Assembly (NCBI GenBank): GCA_003693705.1
Contig: RBZT01000646.1
Span: forward strand, 1-64,000
Source: Polymyxa betae A26-41
Taxonomy: Eukaryota; Protista; Endomyxa: Phytomyxea
DNA length: 64,000 nucleotides
Reading direction: 5' to 3'
Under the pieces are notes generated by a model. That model made no database searches and was not told the DNA's origin. It was given only the letters and a program-made list of their open reading frames with translations. Positions 10,853 to 23,744 of this stretch are shown here, piece by piece. The translations under genes and the position numbers were made by a program. Position 1 is the first letter of the stretch; each line of letters opens with the position of its first letter.

Positions 10853-12514
10853 CTACGAACGCGTTAAGCCGCCTTCATCGGATATCGTATCCCATTGCTC
10901 AAAACGAGCATTCTCATTGGGTTGAAGACGGTGTAAGCTTTCTGAAAGGGTCCAAATCGCAACACTGCCATCGAGATCGCCACTAGCAATAAACGTTCCG
11001 TCATTCCTGTTGATTGCAACAGATACGGCGGACGCCCCGGTCTGATTCATAGGCAATGATAAGGCAGGACCATAAATGTTCTTGGAAAGATCCATAACAT
11101 GAACGACGCCCTTAACATCGGCGACAAAGGCCACTGAAGGACGGCAGTGTGACCATCTCGCGTCAGTCAAAGCCATCCCTGAAACATCCAGCGATATAAT
11201 CGGCGACGATCTTAGGACGTGATAGACCCGGAAGAAGCCATCCGCCGAACACGACAAGAACAAATGACGATGAAGACGAGAAAATGCGATTGAACGAAGA
11301 GGCCCCGCGTGGGCGTTGTAAACCAGTGTGGTAGTGACTGGATACAAGTCGTTGGGCGACGGGCGCGCAGCCCACACATCAGTCGTGTCGACACGGCGCA
11401 GCCCTCGTAGAATGGCCGCTCGCTCGACCTGTCTACGAAGCTCATTCGAATGACGAACGAGGGCGGCGGCCTGGGCGGTCCATAGTAGGGCGCCGTCGCG
11501 AACATCCGGTTTCCCATGATATTGGGTTGGGGTGAGAATCTGACAGCGAACCAAGCCTCCGGCTTCCGTTCCTGCAACGATCAGGCCGTCGATGGCTGGA
11601 GAGAAAGCGAAAGCGATCCCGCCAAGGACGCTGTGCTTGTTAGGTAGGACGCCATGGCCATGGTAGAGAGCACTTGGTGCGAGGCGAATGCCGGATATCG
11701 GGTTGGATAATTTGTTTGCCATGCTCCAGAGCAGAATTCGTCCATCGGCGCCGATGCTCGCTAACAAATAGTCGTTGAGGACGGCGTCATACGCCCATTC
11801 TAAAGCAGAAATGGGCTCGCGATGTGTCAAATCCTCGGTGACTGAACGTGTTATGATCGGGTCGGCGTCCCCTTCGGCTGCAATGTCGAGAAGCAGAATC
11901 TGCCCTGTGAAGATGCCCAGCGCTAGAAGGTTGGGTCGGACAGGATGGAAGCTCAAAGCGGTTGCGCATGAATCGATCGGTATATAACGATTTGGCCGAT
12001 CAGCGTTGATTTTCATGGCCAGATTCCATATGGATACCTGGGCTGAATGACGACACCATCCCGTGTGGTCGTACCGGCTATGAGCGACGGCGATAACGTG
12101 CCCACTGCAATTCCAATCAACGCGCGATACCGGCAACGAATTCGCTCGAATGCTGTACGCCAAATTCATGCTGTTGTCGTTATCGGATTGGGTGGTCGTT
12201 ATAAAGGTATCGATGCTGTCTTTTGCCAACGGTTCGTCTTCCAGTAAACAGAGAGCTTTTCGCAGAAATTCGGCCAGCGCTTGTTCATCGTAATCTGCAG
12301 AGATGACAGTCTCCTGACGAGTCTCGGTTTGAATTTTTATATCGCTTCTGGATGGGCTCTGTTCAGCTTTGTCTGCTGTCGTTATCGGTTGGGTCTGTAT
12401 AGTGGCATCCTGCCCTTCCTTTCTGATGAACTCACGCCACCTTGATGGGATGTCAGCTTCGGCGCATTCGGTATTACTCGAGAACATACCCCCTTCGAGC
12501 TCGTTGACCGTCAT
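10853..12514 (-). CDS. WDR34: WD40 protein WDR34 (dynein-2 intermediate chain 2)
   Basis: 553-aa intronless ORF with HSRYDHTGWCRHSAQVSIWNL, HREPISALEW, HRHLFLSCSADG and WSHCRPSVAF motifs characteristic of WDR34/DYNC2I2. Confidence 0.85.
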   Translation of the reverse strand: MTVNELEGGMFSSNTECAEADIPSRWREFIRKEGQDATIQTQPITTADKAEQSPSRSDIKIQTETRQETVISADYDEQALAEFLRKALCLLEDEPLAKDSIDTFITTTQSDNDNSMNLAYSIRANSLPVSRVDWNCSGHVIAVAHSRYDHTGWCRHSAQVSIWNLAMKINADRPNRYIPIDSCATALSFHPVRPNLLALGIFTGQILLLDIAAEGDADPIITRSVTEDLTHREPISALEWAYDAVLNDYLLASIGADGRILLWSMANKLSNPISGIRLAPSALYHGHGVLPNKHSVLGGIAFAFSPAIDGLIVAGTEAGGLVRCQILTPTQYHGKPDVRDGALLWTAQAAALVRHSNELRRQVERAAILRGLRRVDTTDVWAARPSPNDLYPVTTTLVYNAHAGPLRSIAFSRLHRHLFLSCSADGFFRVYHVLRSSPIISLDVSGMALTDARWSHCRPSVAFVADVKGVVHVMDLSKNIYGPALSLPMNQTGASAVSVAINRNDGTFIASGDLDGSVAIWTLSESLHRLQPNENARFEQWDTISDEGGLTRS

Positions 12515-12589
12515 GCTTTCATATTGTGACGGGCCTCTGCTGGGTGCTGAAAATTTGGACCAAAAATAAGCAGTCAGAACAGTATCTTT

Positions 12590-13056
12590 TTATTTATTTA
12601 GTGGTAACAGTGGATCAGATTCGGTTTTGTTGACAACGACCTGGCCGAGGATGACGTTGCGATTGATTTGCTGCCAGACAGAAACATGGATGAAATCGTT
12701 CAAGGTCGTGCTATTGACTTGGACGCGATACAGATAGCGGGTTCCGGCAACAACCTGCATGCGGTATGATTTCACCTCGTACGTCGGCAGCTGCCCGATG
12801 AGTTCTTCTATTTGCGGGATGCTAGCGTTGAAAGCCTAAATCGACCCTTAATGGATTGGTGAATCAGGTTTCAATAAGATATAATTACTTGCAACGCAGA
12901 GGTGTCTCGGAGCGTTTCGTTCCCAGGCGTTATGAAGTATTCCTTGCTGAAGCCGCCGACGAGTTTGCTCTCGCCGGTTGGTGGTTTCGGATTGTCGTTA
13001 TTCTGGGCCGCCAATGTAATCGCAAACAAGGCCACGAATACGATGAAGATCTTCAT
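12590..13056 (-). CDS. Secreted cystatin (stefin-like) cysteine-protease inhibitor
   Basis: Two exons (intron ~12837-12888). Signal peptide, N-terminal VGG, QVVAG reactive loop, IHVSVWQ, and a K...DPL C-terminus. Confidence 0.85.
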
Positions 13057-14170
13057 ATCGTCTGGTGCTTGTCTAGTTTGAATGCTGCAATCAAATAGAT
13101 CTGGCCCACCCTCCTTCAGGGCCGCGACGTGATGTACGGATCAAGTCGGGCTTGCCCCGTCACAGCGACCCACAAAGTAGCTCACGATCGATCTGGGGTT
13201 TCGAAGGGATCCCCGGAAGATTCAAAATCCCACATCCCAGGCTTCATGGTTGATGACAAAATTATTCGAAGATGCTCATGGCAATGTTCTTATTAACTGT
13301 GTGGCTGATCGACTTGTAATGAGCTTTGGGCAACAGGCTGCTCACCTTCGACACCCATCGAATGCAACCTCGGTTTGGCCAACTGCTAGTGTTAAAAAAA
13401 TTCAAAACTATGTTCTGCAGTGTACGTATTCTGATATCATTCACCCAAAAATCATGAAGCTCTCAAAGTAAAAAACGCCGAATTTAATGTTGGGCAATTC
13501 TTATAGCCCGAGTCAATTTTGTTTTGCAACTGAATGGTAGCGATCTTCGGAAGAGTTGATCAAGTAAACCGACTCCCATTGGTCGCTTAAAATCTTACTC
13601 ATTGAAAGCCATCGATTCCAATACACAGAAATAGGACTTCATTTATAGTTGTGTCATAAAGATTTTCTGTCCGCTTTGCTTTCATACGTTGGCTTTTCAA
13701 CACTGGAAAGAGAACTATACGTCGATAAAAAAAATGACGTCGGATTTAGAGCAATGTGGTGTTCAAGTTGACGATCTATTGACAAAGCAGTATTCAGCGC
13801 TGTAAGACATCAAAACCAGACCTTCAGACACGAGACATCATTGCTTTAATGGAAAACTGAAACTGAAGTGGAAAAAATTAACCGCATCGATATTATGGCA
13901 CGTCGCATAACCGGAAACAGATCAACCTGCTGAACGAAGACGGTCGCTTGGTATACTAGTATCATTCACTAATATCGATCGTACCGGTTCGTTCGAGATT
14001 AGGGACGCGATGAGCGGTTACAAGATAACATATGGTCCATCCCTTAATCCTTGGTAGGTACCAACGGTACCGCAGACGTAGAAGGCTTCAGGTACTGAAG
14101 ATTGATTTCATGTCGTTCATCTGAGGTCCATCTAAAAATCTTGTTTGCCGATTTCGAAGACGATTCCTTC

Positions 14171-17100
14171 ATGGCGAACACGCTTCCTAACCCCGATCTT
14201 CTACTGGCATGCCAAGAGCGAGCACAAAATAACGCGGCCCATAACGAACTGGTCTCGTTCGTCGACCAGAAAGGCCATGTTTCGGAATCGCTCACGAACG
14301 CCGCAATCTGGCAGCAATCCGGTTCAATCGCCTTCGCTCTCGTCAAGCAGTTCAAGCCTGGTGACAAGCTACTGCTCGTGTATACGCCCGGCATTGATTT
14401 CGTCCTGGCCTTTCTAGCGTGTATGCGTGCGGAAATTGTCGCTGTCCCAATCCCGCCTCCGGACCTGTCCCAGAACGGCGCCAAAGCCCAGGAGGAATCG
14501 CGCAAGTTCATCGCGATCGTGAACGCCTCGGGCGCTGTCGGCGTCCTGACCAACCAGGAATATCACCAGGCCAAAAACTTGACCGCTGTGAAGAAATGGA
14601 TCAAATCGTGGGTATGGACCGACAACAGCACAGTGTTGTGGCCGGATCTGCCTTGGATCGTCACCAACAGCCTTCGCTTCGGATCGGAGACGCTGCCGGC
14701 GCAGACGACCCCGACGCCGCCAGATCGTGTCGCCTTCCTGCAATTTACATCGGGATCGACATCGCAACCGAAGGGCGTGCGGTTGTTAACGCTCTATGTG
14801 AATATCTCAGACTGTTGACATTTTCTGCAGGATAACGTTCCGAAATATTCGGCATCAGCTGGAAGCGAACGCCGTCGTCTTGGGCATGAATGATAAGAGC
14901 TGCAGTGTCTGCTGGATGCCCCATTTCCACGATTTCGCATTAATCTCTCATATTTGCAGCGCCTTCATCGGCAACGGACGCCTCATCTTGTTATCGCCGC
15001 TTTCCTTCCTTGCTAAACCCATACTATGGATCGAACTAATTCAGCGCTATGGTGCCACCCATATTGCCTGTCCGCCATTCGCTCTTTCCATTCTCGTGAA
15101 AAAGACGACGCCAGAGCAGCGGGCGGCTCTAAAACTACATACAATCTCGTCGTTGTTGCTAGCAGCCGACGCCATCAAAGCAAGCGTGATCGACGAATTT
15201 TGCAAGGCGTTCGAAGTGGCAGGATTTCGTCGGGAGATGATCAGAACAGCTTATGGTCTAGCTGAGCATTGTGTCGGTATTACGATGACAACAGCAAAGG
15301 ATGCGGTCGTCGACATTTCCGTCGACAGCGACATTCTGTACAACGAGAGTCGCATTGAGATTTCGAAGACCAGTCCGTATTCCATCGTATCATGTGGCGT
15401 CCCTTTGCCGGGCGTCGTCGTCCGCGTCGTCGACCAGGACAAAGCCCTGCCGGACGGGTTCATTGGCGAAGTCTGGGCGAATTCCGATAGTAAAGCGGAT
15501 GGCTATGAAGGCCTGCCCGAGCTCAGCGAGACAACGTTCCAGGCGCGTATCGAAGGCGACGATCAGCGATCGTATGTGAGGACCGGCGATCTTGGATTCA
15601 TGTGGAAGGGACAGCTATACATCACTGGGCGCCTTAAAGAGATCATCAAAGTCTATGGAAGGACCATCCACCCAGTCGACATAGAGCTGTGCGCAACCCA
15701 GTCGAGCGACCTCCTCCGTCCTGGCTCTGTCTGTGCATTTGCCATCTCTCTCGATGATGGTGGCGATCGTCTTGTCATCCTGGCCGAGGTCGTCAAGGGC
15801 GCCAACCCAGACCAGGACGCCATTCATGACCTCGTCGATACGATTCGCCAGGCGATCCTGGCGACGTTCTCTGTTCCTTGCCAGGCCGTGATCCTAGGCC
15901 GACCCGGGCAGCTGGTTCGAAAGACGACCAGTGGTAAGGTACAGCGGGCGCAGCTACGAAATTGGTATCTGCAAGGAAAATTCACCCGGTCAGCGGATTT
16001 GTCGCCGCAGTCGCCGGTTTCCAAAGCCCTGTTGCACGTTTCTACAATTCAATCGCCAAAGGCATCGGTCCCATCTCGATCGTTTTCGTTCCAAGTGACT
16101 CCTGACGCCAGTGTTAATGAGCAGCGCTTGCGTCGTTTGTGTGCCGCTGCTCACGAGGCAGGATTCGCTGGCGAAATCCGCCAGCTGGTCTCATTGAGTG
16201 CCGCGCTCGCTCCACCCCGTATCGAACTGCAGCCGAAATGCCCTTTTCAAAAGCGTGTTTTTCACGCAACCGGCGTTGGCGCCAGCGGGCCCATTCGCAT
16301 GGCTGGTTTCGGTGAAGGCTTATTTGGACAAGAAGACTTAAACGCAGCGGTTCGGTTTTCCAATTTCATGTTCGCAGACGATCGTCATCCACAAATTCGC
16401 GGCGCTAGCTTCAGAATCTACTCGGGAGACGATTACGAGAATCCGCTTTTCGACCTGATTTTCCTCACCGGTGATGGACGCGCCGTCTTCCCTACCGCCG
16501 ACTTAGCCTTAAAAGTACTCAAGGACCACAGTCATGTCATGACATTGCCGCCGTCGCATCCTCTACGTGACGCTCATCGATGCGCTGTTCGTAAGGTGCC
16601 AGATTCATACGCTGAGCTACACTGGTTTGCCATTCATACATACTCGTGGCACTCGACACATTGGGCCCGTTTCCGTTTCCGACATCGCGACTCTAACACG
16701 AACCTTCCTCCATATTCCAATGATGTCAACTGCGATCTACTCGATTTGCGTCCTGATAGTCACGATCAACGCGATGCGTCATTCCTGAAACAGCGCTTCT
16801 CGGAGGAGTGTCGTAGTGGTGACGGCCAGCAATACGTTATCGAAGTGCAGATTCGCCCGAAGTCTAAAGATGAGCAGCTCGATCTGAAACTTCAAGACGG
16901 ACTGATTCCTTGGGACGATTGTCCCTGGCAGCCGTTTGCCGACGTTGTTCTGGATAATCCGCTCCCAGACACGGTCGTTGAAGGGCTCCGGTTTAACGTT
17001 GTCAACTCTCCGGCAGATGTTGAAATTGTATGTGGTGCAGACGCTCACCATCCGGCGTCTTCCGCTCACGCCCGGGCCATCACGTACGCCATTGCGTCCC

Positions 17101-19583
17101 ATGTTCGCTGTGGCATCATGTTGCCCGACTATCTGGCTGCGTTTAGTAACAAGAATCCTTCGCCATATCTGCTCAACACCCTGCAGGGATCGACAACAGA
17201 ACGCCCAACTGTTGTCGTTATCGGTGGAGGTGTCTCTGGTTTGGCTGCAGCAATGTCCCTAGAACGGCGCGGATACCAAGTCACTGTGCTGGAGGCGGCC
17301 CCAAATGTTGGCGGTAAAGCTTCGTCCCTCTGGATTGACAAGAAGGTGTACGACTGGGGAGGGCATCTTTGTAATAATTCGTATCACTGTGTCCGCGCTC
17401 TTGTTAATCGTTTTGGTCTGAAAATCGAACCGGCTGCTCCTCCGCACCTGTTTAACTGCCAGGATAGTCGCTCTACTATCTGTAATATCTTTGAGAATCG
17501 CGGACTTGAGCAATTCAGGAAGGCAATGTACTCCATGACAGAGAACTTTGGTGTCCGCGATCGCGTTTCAGCACCGCTGACGGAATGGGCGAGCTCAGTT
17601 AAAGTCCCTTGGCGCCAATGGATCGAAGACGACCCGAAGCGAAAGATGTGGCTTTGGCCAGTCGTTCTGCAAATGAATTCTTGCGGTTACGGGTTTTCCC
17701 TCGATCACGAGGTCCCGCTCGCGTTTCTCGCGAAACTAATCGCCGTCTCTGATGAGTTCAGCTCGGTCGGTTGGACTTTGGAGACCGGCATGCAGTCGCT
17801 CTATGACGCCATGGGCGCCACTCTTGATGATCTACGCCTCAATTCTACAGTCGCTGGGATTGAACGGCGTGACGGATCTGCTTACGTCCGGTTGTCGAGT
17901 GATGAAACAATTGTCGCCGATCATGTTATTTCGTCGCTCACGGTGCCCCAGACAGTGGCTCTCCTGGCGAATCCCTCTGAGACAGAACGCGCGGTTGCTC
18001 GTGACGTCCACACATTCTCATACTACACTACGATCGCCCGCTGCAAAGGCCTGGAAAAATATCCAATCGGATTTCACGTCATGGACCAGCATAACGAACC
18101 CGATCTTGCTCTAAAGAATCTCGGCCACGTAGTTGCTTGGCACAAGCGTTACACAGATTCGGACATCTTTCTGTTCTATTCGTTCGCGCCCGATCTGCAG
18201 TCAGACGATCTTGTTCAACGCTTTGTGCTCGAAGACGTTGTGCAGATATTGGGCGGGGAACTTATTAAGATTGTGGCACAGCGCGCGTTCGACTTCTTCC
18301 CCTATGCCTCTTATCCGGACCATTTCTATCCGAAGCTATCCAAGATCCAAGGCCACCAACATCTTTGGCATATCGGCAGTATTTTTAATATCGAGTAAGT
18401 TGATCTCTGTTTCTATCTTCTTTATTTAATCAGTTTCCGTCGCATCTGCGCCCCATTTGTACAGCAACTATTCAAAATATTCGAACCTCGGCTTCATCAT
18501 CGAGATATCTAATGGACGCGTTTTAGGTTAATGGAAGGGAACATTGGTTTCGCTCAACGCATGGTTCAGAATCACTTTCCGGTCGTCAATGACGGTGCTC
18601 TCTTCTCTCCTTCGCCTAACTCGATTCCTGGTGTGCAGCGGAAGCTAACAGCGACTGAGCGATATATTGCCGAGGCCATCTTGGCTGAATCAACGGAGAG
18701 CTTTGATCCAGAGTTGGTTGGTCCTTCTGACAAAATCGCCAATTTTGGAATTACATCAATCGCGCTGCCAGCTCTGGCCTCGAAGTTTAGCGAATATACT
18801 GGCGCCCATGTTCGTCTGCTTGATTGCGCTATGTACCCTAGCATCAAGGAGCTTGGTGCTTTCCTCGACAGACTTCGCCAAGAGTCTCAACGTTCATTCC
18901 AGTGTATCAAAACTGTACGCCCGGGTAATGAAGAGACCGGTTCGGTCTTATTCATGATCCACGATGGTGTTGGACGTACCCATCAGTATATCAGCAACTC
19001 TCCGAGGTTTAATTTCCCTCTGTCATTGGTGCAGCCATACTGGGAAGAGGCCAACGTCGATGTTATCGCATCGCTAGATGAAGTTGCTGCTTTATATGTT
19101 AGCAAGATCCGGGCTGAGCAGCCGCAGGGGCCTTGGCGGTTGGGTGGATTTTCCATGGGAGCCATGCTGGCCTGGCGTATGTCGCAGATGCTCGGTGATG
19201 TTGATCGCTTAGTTCTGATTGATTGCCCGGACGTCCCGCATCAACCAGGCAAAGGTACAGCTGATGCAGGCACCGTCGACAAGTTGCGAAAGCAGTTCTT
19301 GGACCTGGATCAGTCCGAGCATGGCCGCGTCTTGAGAGATCAGATTCCAAAAATGTCGTTGCTGCCTGGGACGCGATCAGCTCCAACCCTGGTCATAGCT
19401 GGTTCACAGGGAATTGTTCAGGAGATGCAACTGGCATCTACCGCGGAGATGCGGCAGAGCTGGGAGTTGGCCATCGGTCATCAGCTCCGTTTCATCAGTG
19501 TCGATGGCGCCAGTCATATGGACATTATGAACGCGCCACATGCGGATCAGGTGTTTTCTGAAATTCAACAATTCTTGAAGTGA
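14171..19583 (+). CDS. Multidomain fatty-acid-modifying megaenzyme: FAAL - catalase-like (AOS-type) - FAD oxidoreductase (PUFA-isomerase-like) - ACP - thioesterase, ~1,743 aa
   Basis: Exons 14171-14781, 14831-18394 and 18527-19583 splice in frame (GT..AG). FAAL motifs: FLQFTSGSTSQPKG, WMPHFHD, YGLAEH, RTGDLGF, KTTSGK. Catalase-like: RVFHATG, VRFSN, RAITY. FAD: IGGGVSG..EAAPNVGGK. ACP: FGITSI. TE: GGFSMG..LID..H. The start codon is uncertain (alternative ATG at 14010). Confidence 0.85.
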
Positions 19584-20121
19584 ACGATCGTCCTTATATT
19601 TACCTCTCTGATATCGTCGTCCTGGCTTGTCATTTCCTTCCATAAAACGGATAAACAATGGGGTTCTATACATTTGTCTTTCAATGGTCAGTGTAAATCC
19701 CCAACGTTCGTGATTCAACGTAAGACTGTTGTTAGCGGAAGTCAACACGATTAACGTCACAAAAAGTCGTCTCTGGTGCTTTCAAACCTAACTCCAACCA
19801 TTCTGACCGTTCCATTCGATGATCTTTTTCAAGTATGCATCAAAATACAGCAATTGCAGCATTGTACGTTAGAAGCTCTGCACTTTAAAAACTTGTTATT
19901 GGATGTAAATTGAATACCAGTGTGAAATTGAAATTATATTTCAGAGAAGAGCCAATTTGCCGCAATAGGTTTCAGGTAACACAGGCGCAAACACATTTAA
20001 AGCTGGAAAACTCTGCTGATGGTTCAATGCACAGATCGCGGGAGCCATAACAAAATCCAAAGAGACTGAATCGATGAACCTCGCCAATAGATCCGATTCT
20101 TTACGTTCTTCGTAATTCGAT

Positions 20122-20520
20122 TCAATACGGAATGCTCATATTGTCGCTGGATATAGATCGTGATAGGAATGGTTCTAAAGTATCTGATGGGTCCTCTTCC
20201 ATATCGTAATGGGAGACAGCCACTTGTCAATCTTCACTTTGTACAGGTAATGCATGCATGCAAAGACGACTTACTCTCTATACGAGACGACTTCAGCTGA
20301 TTGGGCTCATCAAATCCTCTCCTAACAGCTTGTTGGCCTTCATTGAAGGCCAACAACGACTATGCCAGGCAATCTATGAAACCAAACACCTCCCAACTTT
20401 GTGTTGATCATCTCATCATCGAGCGGCGTCTCTTTAGTCACTAAATGCTCTTTGCTGAAGGCGCCAAACATGGTCGCTTTTGCAGACGTCGCCAGAATCG
20501 CCACCACCAAACGCCATATT
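20122..20520 (-). pseudogene. Cystatin pseudogene, a duplicate of 27558-28005
   Basis: Clear nucleotide similarity to 27558-28005. The Gln codon of QVIAG has become TAA (YRE*VVF), ~50 nt covering the second loop are deleted, and there are frameshifts. Confidence 0.8.
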
Positions 20521-23225
20521 GAGACCTGCTGTTACTGATAGTGAACAAATTATGAAATCGACGGTTTATACTTACATGATTTAGACAAAGATGTTTTGCA
20601 GAAACGCATTGCCATAATAGCCATTTAAACGATAAGGGACGTGAGTTCAGCAGAAGTTGGTTCAGAATCGCTCCTTCCTCGTCTAACAACATATCTGAGC
20701 ATCTGAAATAACCAACTACTAATTATCCATCGAAGAATGTAAACAAAGCAGAGTGTGTTTATTTCGCCACGTACGGGAACCTTGTGATGGAATGGAAGAA
20801 CAACTGGACGAAGTCATGAAGTCGACCATCGAGCCGGGATGTTTAAGGTCTAGAAGAACACTTCACACTGTGGTGGACATGGACCGGCTGGCGTGTGGTG
20901 ACAAGCTTATCGGAGGATCGGTCGAGTCGGATGAATGTAGACGGTGATGAAGAACGGTGGTATAAGAGAGAACATGAACTGTGGCATATGGAGGAGAAAT
21001 AAAATAGGGAGATAATAGAGAGATCTGATCCAGATTACAAAACACATTTGCAGGAAACCGGAACCGGACTGGAGTCCGGAGGTTAGGAGAGCGGTGCCCG
21101 GAGATGGTGGGGACAAAATCGACAGGAGTTGAGGGATCTTTTCGGTTATTCGCAAAGTGACAGGCCCGATAATCATATTAATCGGACGCTCGCCAAGAAG
21201 AAATTCGCCGCCGCGCTCTATTTCATCCTGTCGAATCACCACAAGCATCTCCGAATCGCGGCCTGCGTCCAAAGGTTACAACTCGATTCGGCCACAACTC
21301 GGAATGTCGTCACCGGCTCGCTCTTCGACTCTCAGCGACCAGTGGAGCAGATCGTGCCGAAATGACGCTTTGGCCAGGAACGGGTGGGGTAGGGCAGAAT
21401 TCTGGGCGGCGTCGGGAAAATCAGAGCGCGACCCAATACAGATCATGACTGTCCGGTCTGTCTCTGTTTAAATGTCACACGACCGCAGCCGAGCGATAGA
21501 CCACAAGGACCGACCTGTGAAATCTCCCGGTGCCATGCCCTCATCAACCACGAAAACGACTTCGACGCCGGTGGAGAACTCCTTCCGCCAAACCTCATCG
21601 TCCGAGGCGAAAACGACAACAAGCTTTGGATTGGACATTGATAAGGCAATGACCGGATGCTGGCAGCCATCTGGTGGCAAGGTCCGGGTGATGACAGCCG
21701 CCTTCGCGACAAGTGAGGTTCGGGGGCACCTTATGGCATCCGGTGTCATCAATATCTAGCTCGAGGAGTGAAGACGATCGGCGACCACCTCGCCATTCAT
21801 CCGTTTCAGACACGTAACTAAGTGCGCGCACGACTGTCTATCGAACTCGTAGATTATGGAATTACTGGTAAAAATCAATATCAGTTCTATCTACTGCATC
21901 TACAGTCACCATCGCCCTAGAAGCTACCGGTACGTAAACTTAAAATACAAGCCCCGCCGCGAGGGGGTATTCGAAAGTCTATAGATTTTCTGCGCCACGG
22001 AGTCCACACCGCGCCCGATCGCCTGCGTTCTACTTCTACATATGAACGAGAGTCCGACGTGGTAGCGTGGATGATGATCTGGTTTAGGCCCAGATGCTCT
22101 TCAATTTAAAATGGAAGGCTCTCGACGTTCCAGTTCATGGAGGATCGCGTCCTGACAAAGAGCAAGGGTTCCAGCGAATCTGCCAAGATTAATTCGCAAA
22201 GAATCCGGTTTATAACACAAAAGTGTTTCGGAGACGTTTCCGGATGCGTCGTGAGCTTATCATGGATGGTGTTAGGACCCAGGATTCTTGGTTCAAAAAT
22301 AAAACAACCAACAAAAATACAGTCGAGAAGAATCGAACTCCCGTCATGGCGCTCACGCCAATCCGTAGACCTTCGAATAGCCAGCGGTTTATTTCCTGCA
22401 AAAATAGACCAGTCTATTTGATAGGTAGATTATATTTAGATCTGCGGTCGGGCATTCCTCGGAATAGACCCGCTGTGGCGATGCTCTTACGTTGGCTGCG
22501 ACCATATGAACCAACTACACCAGTCGCCTAGCGGCTTGTTTAAAATTTTTACGGCCTAGCATTACACCGTCTAACAGAGCTTGATTTTGAAAAAAAGCCA
22601 AACATTTTGGTAAACGACTTCCAGGTCGGATATCATTAGGCTGGATTTCATCGATCAGGCCTTCCTTCGTTGTAGAGCTCCTTCGGTCGTCAACCTCTCC
22701 AATATGATCCCGAAGAAAGCAATAAGACTCGCTGGGGGCTTTTGCTCGGCAATTGGGATATAAAAAGCTCTCATATTCTAATCTGGACTTTTCTTGCGCA
22801 TTTTTCTACAAATCGATAATTTAATTCGATAATTGTTTTGAGACATGTCACATGATGACTGCGATACGAGCAATTGTATATTACAAGCGATTGTTCCTTT
22901 TTGTTGGACCATCACCGCACGAGACTGGCTCAGGCGCAGGCTGGCTATAGAAGGCAGAAGTAACATTATGTCGAATCCACTCCATCTTAAGCTCAGATAT
23001 GTTGTACTTGTAGTCTATCAAGAGATGGGAGGAACCTCACCACAAAGGAATTGACGGATGCGGAGCCCGCCGGCAGATAGAGAGATGCACTGTCCTACGG
23101 TACCGCCAATGAGCTGATGTAAGAATGCGAAATTAATAAGAATACGAAATCAACGAATGTTTATTTAGACGATTACTCCAATAACGAACTTGATTGAAAG
23201 TAGCGGTCTTTATCAGTCTTGGTTT

Positions 23226-23447
23226 TCATTTCTTACCACTACCGCAAAGGCATAACCCACCACCAGTACATATGCAATTGTCGGAATCGTGTTCAAGACC
23301 CTCGGTAATCGCAGCCTCGGGAAGACCTTTAGCAGCGTTGGCGACCTGATAGAATCTGGGGCTCAGTTGCATGGCAGGTTGAGCGGGCTGGGCGTCGGTC
23401 ATCATGAGGCCCATGGCTCCCAGCAATACCATCATGGACAGCTTCAT
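23226..23447 (-). CDS. Small secreted Cys-rich peptide precursor, copy 1 (73 aa)
   Basis: Signal MKLSMMVLLGAMGLMMTDA, pro-region LSPRFYQVA, acidic linker, core CICTGGGLCLCGSGKK. Paralogous to 25677-25913. Confidence 0.7.
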   Translation of the reverse strand: MKLSMMVLLGAMGLMMTDAQPAQPAMQLSPRFYQVANAAKGLPEAAITEGLEHDSDNCICTGGGLCLCGSGKK

Positions 23448-23613
23448 AAGAAAGTCTTGAGAATCGAAATCACGACGAATTCAGAATGAGATGGTCGAGA
23501 GGAGGCGACGTCGGCCATGTTGGTGTGTCAATCCTCTCTGCAAAATGCCGCAACTTCCCTTCCGTCGGCGGCGCTATTTCTGGCCATCCGACCACTTGTT
23601 GGCGGCGGCCTCA

Positions 23614-23744
23614 NNNNNNNNNNNNNNNNNNNNNNNNNNNNNNNNNNNNNNNNNNNNNNNNNNNNNNNNNNNNNNNNNNNNNNNNNNNNNNNNNNNNNNN
23701 NNNNNNNNNNNNNNNNNNNNNNNNNNNNNNNNNNNNNNNNNNNN
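23614..23744. other. Assembly gap (N run)
   Basis: Run of N. Both sides carry the same 13-mer GGCGGCGGCCTCA. Confidence 0.98.

Noticed and set aside
14171-19583. Classical NRPS or PKS
   Set aside because: No condensation (HHxxxDG) or ketosynthase domain is visible, and the A domain has FAAL-type motifs.
14044-19760. Antisense and alternate-frame ORFs overlapping the megaenzyme
   Set aside because: Shadow ORFs of a GC-rich coding strand, with no motifs.
20750-22550. Short GC-rich ORFs on both strands
   Set aside because: No recognisable domain or consistent spliced model. Possibly decayed repeat DNA.
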